Shown in pieces: positions 57,415 through 64,000 of a stretch of DNA of 64,000 bases. Under the pieces are notes generated by a model that saw only the letters and a list, made by a program, of their open reading frames with translations, had not been told where the DNA came from and did not search any database. The DNA comes from an uncultured Clostridia bacterium (lineage in GTDB: Bacteria > Bacillota > Clostridia > Christensenellales > UBA1242). The stretch covers positions 204,442 to 268,441 of the forward strand of contig CAKVGZ010000001.1 of assembly GCA_934747765.1 (NCBI GenBank). Reading direction: 5' to 3'. The position numbers and the translations under genes are program-made. The first letter of the stretch is position 1. Each line of letters starts with the position of its first letter.

Positions 57415-57726
57415 ATGAGAGTTATTCAAAGCGAAGAATTTAATGACATAATAAAAAGCGAAAAACCAACAATTGTTGATTTCTTTGCAACATGGTGCGG
57501 ACCTTGTAAAATGTTGTCGCCAATTTTGGAACAAGTTGATGCCAGTTCCAATGGTGAATATAACGTTGTTAAGGTTGATGTTGACGAAAGCTATGACATT
57601 GCAAAACAATTCGGAATTATGAGCGTTCCAACAATGATAGTTTTCAAAAACGGCGAAGAAAAGGAAAAAATGATTGGTTTAAGACAAAAAACACAAATTG
57701 AAGAGTGTGTTAAAAAATATATTTAA
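57415..57726 (+). CDS. trxA: Thioredoxin
   Basis: 'VDFFATWCGPCKMLSP'. 103 aa. Terminator ACAAGCGA-tttt-TCGCTTGT+T6 at 57754-57779. Confidence 0.93.
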   Translation: MRVIQSEEFNDIIKSEKPTIVDFFATWCGPCKMLSPILEQVDASSNGEYNVVKVDVDESYDIAKQFGIMSVPTMIVFKNGEEKEKMIGLRQKTQIEECVKKYI

Positions 57727-57805
57727 TTGTCGATAAAGAAAATTTAACTTTTTACAAGCGATTTTTCGCTTGTTTTTTGTTTTGTATGGGTATATAATAT
57801 AAAAC

Positions 57806-58516
57806 ATGATTTATGTTCTTATCGGAGCAGTTGTTATATTTTTGTTGTTTGCTCTTGCAATTGCAACCTATTCAACAGCCCAACTTGAAGACACATTTGA
57901 AAAATGCAATAACGTTCCTTGCAATCGAAAGATAACAGGGGGCGAGTTTGCACTCCAACTCACAAACAATAATTTTAATTCACAAATTAATGTTGGTCGA
58001 ACAAAAGGTTATTTGAATGACGGATACAGCTCGAAATCTCGTATGGTTGTTTTGTCGGACGCAACATGTGACACTTCAAGTGTGGGAGCTTTGACGGTGG
58101 TTGCTCACGAATTTGGTCATGCAGAGCAAGATTTGACAAATTCAAAAAAATTCAAACTTAACAAAACGCTCTCAAAAGTTGTTAAAATCATAGGATATTT
58201 CATGTTTCCTTTTGCGATTGTTGGACTGTTTTTGTTTCTTGTTTTTCCCGAAATGTATTACATAGGGCTTTCATTCTTGGGAGTTTCACTTGCAATTTTC
58301 TTGCTTGCTGTTGCCTTAAAACTTGCAACAATTCCGCTTGAAAAAGACGCATCAAAGCGGGGGATTCGACTGCTGGAGGAAACGGGAACGTTTGATGAAG
58401 AAGAATTGAAACTTGCAAAAGAACTCCTCAGCAGTGCACTTTTAACTTATGTTGGTGACTTTTTGAGGTCGATTTTGTGGTGGACGTTCTTAACAAAAAA
58501 ATCTAAACTTTTCTAG
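57806..58516 (+). CDS. YugP-type membrane Zn-metallopeptidase (PF04298-like), paralog 1
   Basis: 'VVAHEFGHAEQD' (HExxH), an N-terminal TM, two C-terminal TMs and 'PLEKDASKRG'. Confidence 0.8.
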   Translation: MIYVLIGAVVIFLLFALAIATYSTAQLEDTFEKCNNVPCNRKITGGEFALQLTNNNFNSQINVGRTKGYLNDGYSSKSRMVVLSDATCDTSSVGALTVVAHEFGHAEQDLTNSKKFKLNKTLSKVVKIIGYFMFPFAIVGLFLFLVFPEMYYIGLSFLGVSLAIFLLAVALKLATIPLEKDASKRGIRLLEETGTFDEEELKLAKELLSSALLTYVGDFLRSILWWTFLTKKSKLF

Positions 58517-58525
58517 GAGAAAAAT

Positions 58526-59242
58526 ATGTATTATTGGGAATATATTTTGATTGGTCTTATCTTGTTGCCGGGGATTATTATTGCATCAATTGCCCAAGCA
58601 AAAGTTTCGTCGGCTTACAACTATTATGGAAAAGTCAAGGCGAAAAGCGGGATTATTGCAAAGGATGCAGCGCGCATGGTGCTTGACGGAGCAAGTTTGG
58701 AAAAAGTTAAGATTGGACAGGTTAAAGGCAATTTAACAGATAATTTCAATCCCAAAACCAACGTTGTTTCACTTTCAGAAGGTGTTGTTGAATCCGATTC
58801 CATAGCAGCGCTGGGAATTGCTCTTCACGAAGTTGGTCACGCAATTCAACATAACAAAGGTTATTATCCTGCAAAACTTAGAACCAGAGTGGTTGTTTTT
58901 TCAAATGCAGTTTCATTTTTTCTTTGGCCTTTGGTGTTTTTGGGATTAATGTTCAATTTTGTTTGGCTAGACGGTCTTTTGGGTAGTATATTTTTATGGA
59001 GCGGAATTGGTTTTTTTGGACTTTCTGTTCTTCTCAATCTCGTAACTTTGCCTGTTGAATACAACGCATCGAACAGAGCATTGAAAATTTTGGAACAAAC
59101 AGGAATTTTGGATAGCAGTGAAATTCCTGGGTGCAAAAAAGTTTTGAGAGCAGCTGGGCTCACTTATGTTGCTTCGCTTATTATGTCGATACTGATTTTG
59201 CTGAGATTTGTTCTCGTTGCTTTTGCAGGACGCAGAAAATAA
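58526..59242 (+). CDS. YugP-type membrane Zn-metallopeptidase (PF04298-like), paralog 2
   Basis: 'ALHEVGHAIQH' (HExxH) and 'PVEYNASNRA'. It has the same architecture as the upstream paralog. Confidence 0.8.
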   Translation: MYYWEYILIGLILLPGIIIASIAQAKVSSAYNYYGKVKAKSGIIAKDAARMVLDGASLEKVKIGQVKGNLTDNFNPKTNVVSLSEGVVESDSIAALGIALHEVGHAIQHNKGYYPAKLRTRVVVFSNAVSFFLWPLVFLGLMFNFVWLDGLLGSIFLWSGIGFFGLSVLLNLVTLPVEYNASNRALKILEQTGILDSSEIPGCKKVLRAAGLTYVASLIMSILILLRFVLVAFAGRRK

Positions 59243-59253
59243 AAGGAATTACA

Positions 59254-61053
59254 ATGGAAAAAATGACAAGTAAAGAATTAAGAAAAAAATGGTTAGATTT
59301 TTATAAAAGTAAAGGCCACCAAGACATTGGCTCTGTTTCACTTATTGGTGACGGTGAAACAGGAGTTATGTTCAATGTCGCAGGAATGCAATCATTAATG
59401 CCATATCTTTTGGGCAAAAAAGAACACGAAAAAGGAAAACGTCTTTGCAATGTTCAAGGTTGCGTCAGAACTGTGGATATAGACAATGTTGGTGACGAGA
59501 CTCATTTGACATTCTTTGAAATGATGGGAAATTGGAGCATTGGTGATTACTTCAAAAAAGAAAAAACACAGTGGTCGTTCGAACTCTTAACAAAGGAATT
59601 TGGTCTTGATCCAAACAAAATTTGCGCAACTGTTTTTGCTGGAAACAAAAATGTTGAAAGGGATGAAGAAACAGCCAAACTTTTGGAAGAGGTTGGAGTT
59701 AAAAAGGAAAATATTTTCTTTTTGGAAGACAATTGGTGGAATTTGGAAGGAACTGTTGGAACTCCTTGCGGGCCAGACAATGAATGGTTCTATCCAAAAC
59801 ACGACAATAAATGTTGCGACGCTTGTGACGTGAATTGCTCATGCGGAAGATATGTTGAAATTGGAAATGATGTCTACATGCAATTTGAACAACTTGGAAA
59901 TGGGGAATATAGAGAACTTAAACAAAAAAATGTTGACACTGGATTTGGCTTTGAAAGAAATCTTGCTTTCCTGTGTGGAACAACAGATTGCTACAAAACA
60001 GACCTTTTTTCAAAAGCTATTTCAGAAATTGAAAAACGTTGCAATGTGGAATATGGAAAAAATGAAGAAACAACCAAGGCAATCAGAATTGTTTGTGACC
60101 ATATAAGAACTGCAGTTATGCTAATTGGCGACGTGAAAGGAATTTTGCCAAGTAACGTTGGAGCGGGATACATCCTAAGACGTTTGCTCCGAAGAGCAAT
60201 TCGCTATGTCAGAAAACTGGGCGGAGATGTTGAACTGATTGAAAACATTGCTTTGACTTACATTGACGATGTTTATGCCGAGGCATATCCACTTTTGAGT
60301 GAAAAACGCGAATATATAATTTCAGAGTTAAAGAAAGAAGTTTTGAAGTTTGAAAAAACTTTGGAACAAGGAATGAAAGAATTCGACAAATTGATAACAA
60401 GTTTAAAAACGTATGCACCAGATGTCAAAACAATTGCTGGGCAAAAAGCATTTAGGTTGTTTGACACTTTTGGATTCCCAATTGAATTAACAACAGAACT
60501 TGCAAAAGAAAATGGCTATGAAGTTGACATTGAGGGGTTCAAAAAAGCGTTTGAAAACCACCAAGAGCAAAGCAGAAGTGCAGGTGCTGGAGTGTTTAAA
60601 GGCGGTATTGCTGAAAGAAACGAGACAACCGCTCATCTTCACACTGCCACCCATCTTTTGTTGGCGTCATTAAAGAAAAATTTAAGTGGAGATATTCACC
60701 AATGTGGTTCAAACATAACACCTGAAAGATTGAGATTTGACTTTAACTTCGACCGAAAAGTTCTTCCTGAAGAGCTTCAAAAAATTGAAGATGAAGTGAA
60801 CAAAAACATAAATGCATCAATAAACGTTATTTGCGAAGAAATGAGTTTGGAAGATGCAAAAAACAGTGGTGCAACTGGTATATTTGACAGCAAATATGGA
60901 GAAAGAGTGACTGTTTACACAATTGGAGATGTAAGCAAAGAAATTTGCGGAGGTCCTCATGCAAAAAACACAAAAGACCTTGGAAAATTCAAGATTGTGA
61001 AGGAAGAAAGTTGCGGAGCAGGGCTCAGAAGAATTAAAGCGATTTTGGAATAA
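59254..61053 (+). CDS. alaS: Alanine--tRNA ligase, short form (599 aa; no C-Ala/DHHA1 domain)
   Basis: 'LRKKWLDFYKSKGH', 'THLTFFEMMGNWSIGDYFK', and the editing-domain Zn motifs 'HTATHLL' and 'CGGPH'. The protein ends ~25 aa after the latter. Start at ATG 59254, because the track's upstream extension overlaps the previous gene. Confidence 0.9.
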   Translation: MEKMTSKELRKKWLDFYKSKGHQDIGSVSLIGDGETGVMFNVAGMQSLMPYLLGKKEHEKGKRLCNVQGCVRTVDIDNVGDETHLTFFEMMGNWSIGDYFKKEKTQWSFELLTKEFGLDPNKICATVFAGNKNVERDEETAKLLEEVGVKKENIFFLEDNWWNLEGTVGTPCGPDNEWFYPKHDNKCCDACDVNCSCGRYVEIGNDVYMQFEQLGNGEYRELKQKNVDTGFGFERNLAFLCGTTDCYKTDLFSKAISEIEKRCNVEYGKNEETTKAIRIVCDHIRTAVMLIGDVKGILPSNVGAGYILRRLLRRAIRYVRKLGGDVELIENIALTYIDDVYAEAYPLLSEKREYIISELKKEVLKFEKTLEQGMKEFDKLITSLKTYAPDVKTIAGQKAFRLFDTFGFPIELTTELAKENGYEVDIEGFKKAFENHQEQSRSAGAGVFKGGIAERNETTAHLHTATHLLLASLKKNLSGDIHQCGSNITPERLRFDFNFDRKVLPEELQKIEDEVNKNINASINVICEEMSLEDAKNSGATGIFDSKYGERVTVYTIGDVSKEICGGPHAKNTKDLGKFKIVKEESCGAGLRRIKAILE

Positions 61054-61062
61054 AAAACTTGC

Positions 61063-61103
61063 CAAAAAAAAGAACATAACGATGTGTTATGTTCTTATTT
61101 TTT
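61063..61103. terminator. Bidirectional terminator between alaS and rpmB
   Basis: AAGAACATAAC-gatgt-GTTATGTTCTT, flanked by A8 and T-run. Confidence 0.85.
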
Positions 61104-61109
61104 ATGTCA

Positions 61110-61292
61110 TTAAGCTTTCTTTTGTGTTTTGATGCATTTTGCACAAGCTTTAACAGTTTTTTCTTTTCCGTCAACTTCAACAGTTGTTTTTTGTAAGTTG
61201 AGGTCCCAAGTTCTATTAGATTTTCTGTTACTATGACTTACGGTTTTTCCGCTCATTTTGCCTCTTCCGCAAATTTCACAAACTTTACTCAT
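61110..61292 (-). CDS. rpmB: 50S ribosomal protein L28
   Basis: 'MSKVCEICGRGKMSGKTVSHSNRKSNRTWDLNLQ'. Confidence 0.95.
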   Translation of the reverse strand: MSKVCEICGRGKMSGKTVSHSNRKSNRTWDLNLQKTTVEVDGKEKTVKACAKCIKTQKKA

Positions 61293-61481
61293 ACTTTTCC
61301 TCCGAATTTAATTAACTTTGAAAGTGTATCACACAGCAAATCAAAAAGCAAGCAAAATTTGATATTTTTTTATTATTTGGTGAATAATTTAAAAAATATT
61401 ATGGTTAATTTAGATAAATTTGTTGCATAAAATATTTTAATGTAGTATAGTTATAAAGAAGAATTTTGGGTAAGGGTAAAA

Positions 61482-61832
61482 ATGACGGTTGACACAAAAA
61501 ATTTCTATGGGAAAATAACAATCTCCGATGAGAGCATTGCAATTGTTGCGGGTTATACAGCGCTTGATTGTTATGGCGTTGTTGACCTTGTTGCAAATTC
61601 TTTGAAAGATAACATAAAAGAACTTTTCAAAAAACAGCCTTATGATAAGGGTGTTAAAATTTCTAGTGTTGATAACAGAATTTTTATTGACATATTTTGC
61701 ATTCTAAAATATGGCGTTTCTGTTAGTGCAGTTGCTGAAAGTTTGAAAAGTGCAGTTAAATATAGTGTTGAAAATTTCACGGGGATGATTGTGGACACAG
61801 TTAATGTCCACGTTGTCGGCGTCCGTGTATAA
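61482..61832 (+). CDS. Asp23/Gls24 family envelope stress protein (YloU-like)
   Basis: 'GKITISDESIAIVAGYTALDCYGVV' and 'VNVHVVGV'. It follows the conserved rpmB / yloU-yloV synteny. Confidence 0.9.
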   Translation: MTVDTKNFYGKITISDESIAIVAGYTALDCYGVVDLVANSLKDNIKELFKKQPYDKGVKISSVDNRIFIDIFCILKYGVSVSAVAESLKSAVKYSVENFTGMIVDTVNVHVVGVRV

Positions 61833-61843
61833 TATAGGGTGAT

Positions 61844-63481
61844 ATGATGCAAAAAACAATTAATGGGTCTATTTTTCGAAAAATGATTATGGCAGGTGCA
61901 AGTCTGCTTGAACAAAACAAAAAGTTGGTTGACGCGCTTAATGTGTTCCCAGTTCCAGATGGTGACACAGGAACAAACATGTTCCTCACAATTAAGTCCG
62001 CTTCGGCTGAAGTTAACAATTGTATTAACAACAGCATGGATTCTCTTTGCGAAGCTTATTCAAAGGGAGCTCTCCGTGGGGCAAGAGGAAACAGTGGAGT
62101 TATCACTTCTCAGATTGTGAAAGGCTTAACAAGTGTTCTTGGGCAAGCTCCTGAAATCACAACAAAAGTTTTTGCAAAAGCAATTCAAGAAGGCGCAAAT
62201 GTTGCTTATAAGGCGGTCACAAAGCCAAAAGAAGGAACAATTTTGACTGTTATAAGAACCATGGCTGAATCGGCAATTGAAGTTGCTAAAAAACACGCAG
62301 ATTTTGAAGAGTTTTTCAAATTAGTTTTGGACCGTGGAGAAGAAATCCTTCAACAAACACCAGAAATGCTTCCAGTTTTGAAAAAAGCAGGGGTTGTTGA
62401 TGCCGGTGGAAGAGGTTTGATTGTTCTTTTCACTGGATATTACAAAGCAATTTGTGGCGATGAAACATTAACTTTCAATTTTGATGACCCAAAACCTGTT
62501 CAATCTGTTGACGATGTTATTGCTGATATCAACAATCTTGCAGACATTGAGTTTGGATATTGCACAGAATTTATGATAATTCACATGCTTAAAAAGACCA
62601 CTGAAGCAGACATTGACAGATTGCGTGAAAAACTGATGGAAATTGGAGATTCTGTTCTTTGCATTGGCGATTTGAACCTTGTTAAAGTTCACGTTCACAC
62701 AAATGAACCAAACAGAGCGCTTGGATTTGCTCTTGAACTTGGCGAAATTTGGAACATAAAAATTGAAAATATGCTTGAACAAAACCGTGAACTTAAAAAG
62801 AACATGAAGAAAGTTGAGGAACTTAAACCACTTGGAATGGTTGCTGTTGCACCTGGCGAAGGTCTTGCGAACTTGTTCACAGATTTGACTGTTGACCAAA
62901 TTATTGCAGGTGGTCAAACAATGAACCCAAGCGCTGCCGACATTGCCAATGCAGTTGCAAAAGTCCCTGCAGAAAATGTTTTTGTGTTCCCAAACAACAA
63001 AAATATCATTCTGGCAGCTGAGCAAGCAAAAGCACTTTCAGAGAAGGTTATTCATGTCATTCCAACAAGAAACGTTCCAGAAGGAATTGCAGCATCACTT
63101 GCATTTAATCCTGAAGCATCTGTTGAAGAAAACATCGAAAACATGACTGCATCAATTGAAAACGTTAAAGCAGGCTCTGTGACTTATGCTGTTCGTGCAA
63201 CTCATGTTGATGGATTTGACCTTTCAGTTGGAGAAATAATTGGTTTGGATGACAAAGCCATTTTGGCAAAAGGTGCTGAAGTTTCGGCAACAACTGAAGA
63301 TTTGATTGAAAAAATGGTCGACGAAAACAGCGTTAACATAACACTTTTCTTTGGCGAAGACATAACAGAAGAAGATGCTGAAAAACTTAGAGAAAGATTA
63401 AGCGCAAAGTATCCTGAATGTGAAGTAACTGCAATATTTGGCGGTCAACCTGTTTATTATTACATCATATCAGTAGAATAA
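61844..63481 (+). CDS. DAK2 domain fusion protein YloV
   Basis: 'LNVFPVPDGDTGTNM' and 'RGNSGVI' (Dak2 phosphatase domain), plus a DegV-like C-terminal half. Confidence 0.9.
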   Translation: MMQKTINGSIFRKMIMAGASLLEQNKKLVDALNVFPVPDGDTGTNMFLTIKSASAEVNNCINNSMDSLCEAYSKGALRGARGNSGVITSQIVKGLTSVLGQAPEITTKVFAKAIQEGANVAYKAVTKPKEGTILTVIRTMAESAIEVAKKHADFEEFFKLVLDRGEEILQQTPEMLPVLKKAGVVDAGGRGLIVLFTGYYKAICGDETLTFNFDDPKPVQSVDDVIADINNLADIEFGYCTEFMIIHMLKKTTEADIDRLREKLMEIGDSVLCIGDLNLVKVHVHTNEPNRALGFALELGEIWNIKIENMLEQNRELKKNMKKVEELKPLGMVAVAPGEGLANLFTDLTVDQIIAGGQTMNPSAADIANAVAKVPAENVFVFPNNKNIILAAEQAKALSEKVIHVIPTRNVPEGIAASLAFNPEASVEENIENMTASIENVKAGSVTYAVRATHVDGFDLSVGEIIGLDDKAILAKGAEVSATTEDLIEKMVDENSVNITLFFGEDITEEDAEKLRERLSAKYPECEVTAIFGGQPVYYYIISVE

Positions 63482-63566
63482 AAAAAACGACTAACTTAGT
63501 CACTAACTTTTGAAACTAGTGTAATAATTAAGAGAATTAGAAAATAAATCTACTTCTCTTTTTTCT

Positions 63567-63740
63567 TGGCTACTTTATGCCGTGAAAGGTATTTGACAAG
63601 AGAAGAAATGAAAACACAATACAAAAAGGCAGAGAAACGAAAAACAAAGTGTAAGCACAAATATCGTTTCTCTGGCTTAACCAGCAAAAGAAAAACTCAT
63701 TTCGGAGACTCTTGTCAAGTACCATGGAATAAATTAGCCA
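63567..63740. ncRNA. Candidate structured RNA (6S-like rod), or alternatively an inverted-repeat-bounded element; strand undetermined
   Basis: Three nested helices were read directly. P1 pairs 63567-72 with 63735-40 (6 bp). P2 pairs 63588-602 with 63709-23 (15 bp including one G-U). P3 pairs 63630-40 with 63664-74 (11 bp perfect). Large asymmetric internal loops separate them, and a terminator hairpin follows. Confidence 0.3.
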
Positions 63741-63754
63741 TTGTATAGAACATC

Positions 63755-63797
63755 AAAAAGCGAAAGTGTGTTACGTTTACCAACACTTTCGCTTTTT
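63755..63797. terminator. Bidirectional rho-independent terminator
   Basis: AAAAAGCGAAAGTGT-13 nt loop-ACACTTTCGCTTTTT. Confidence 0.75.
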
Positions 63798-63820
63798 GTC
63801 TGCTTTAATTTAGTTGTTTT

Positions 63821-63875
63821 CGTGTGCTTGTCTGGTGGAGCGAAGCGACACCACTTGTATCATGACAAGCACACG
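63821..63875. repeat. Long hairpin / inverted repeat (12-bp perfect stem, 31-nt structured loop)
   Basis: CGTGTGCTTGTC ... GACAAGCACACG. It is GC-richer than its surroundings and lies 27 nt downstream of the SDR gene stop. Confidence 0.7.
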
Positions 63876-63902
63876 TCTAACTGCCAAATTGTAAGGTAAC
63901 TA

Positions 63903-64000
63903 TTAACAATAACCTCCATCAATAGTAATTATTTCGCCATTGATATAACTTGATTTTTCGCTTGATAAGAAGAATATTGTCTCAGCAATTTGTTCAGGCT
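63903..64000 (-). CDS. Short-chain dehydrogenase/reductase (SDR, FabG-like) C-terminus, partial
   Basis: The reverse translation ...PEQIAETIFFLSSEKSSYINGEIITIDGGYC* is the canonical SDR C-terminal motif. Confidence 0.75.
   Translation of the reverse strand, partial: PEQIAETIFFLSSEKSSYINGEIITIDGGYC

Noticed and set aside
59131-59253. N-terminal 41-aa extension of alaS in the ORF track
   Set aside because: The extension overlaps the 3' end of the upstream YugP-like gene and has no AlaRS similarity. The conserved AlaRS N-terminus begins just after ATG 59254.
63566-63748. 60-aa + strand ORF in the yloV-SDR intergenic region
   Set aside because: It has a TTG start, no RBS and a K/R-rich low-complexity product. 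It coincides exactly with nested long-range helices, so it is better explained as RNA/DNA structure than as a protein.

Overview
This is a low-GC Firmicutes (Clostridia-like) chromosome segment from an endospore former (spoIIGA-sigE and a BclA-like collagen protein are present), mostly + strand and tightly packed. About 7.2-63.5 kb is core housekeeping. It holds ftsQ-like/ftsA/ftsZ, a split TSUP transporter, ferredoxin, Ppx/GppA, an HtrA-like protease, an MreB-like gene, ABC-F, tRNA-Thr(CGU), ppdK, plsX, smc, spoIIGA-sigE, an ABC importer pair and rarA. It continues with lepA-hemW, glyQS, acpS-recX, tyrS, PBP1A, dprA-topA-hslVU, tcdA, trxA, two YugP-type Zn-peptidases, a short alaS, rpmB and yloU-yloV. 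The first ~7 kb looks accessory. It contains three 33-bp tandem repeats, a GNAT gene and a five-gene minus-strand cassette: a small alpha+beta protein, a CPCC Zn-ribbon protein, a frameshifted CPCC paralog, DUF4417 and an atypical HNH-like protein. Next comes an intergenic region dense in regulatory-looking elements: an orphan 14-bp hairpin, a perfect TGTGA-N6-TCACA box, TGCAAAA repeats and a G9 tract in a promoter spacer. A pspA-less ydjH/I/G-like SPFH module and a collagen-like spore-surface gene follow. Near the 3' end, a ~175-nt intergenic segment with three nested perfect helices could be a 6S-like structured RNA or an inverted-repeat-bounded element. I saw no CRISPR array, transposase, integrase or rRNA. 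All functional calls come from motif recognition by eye, with no database search.
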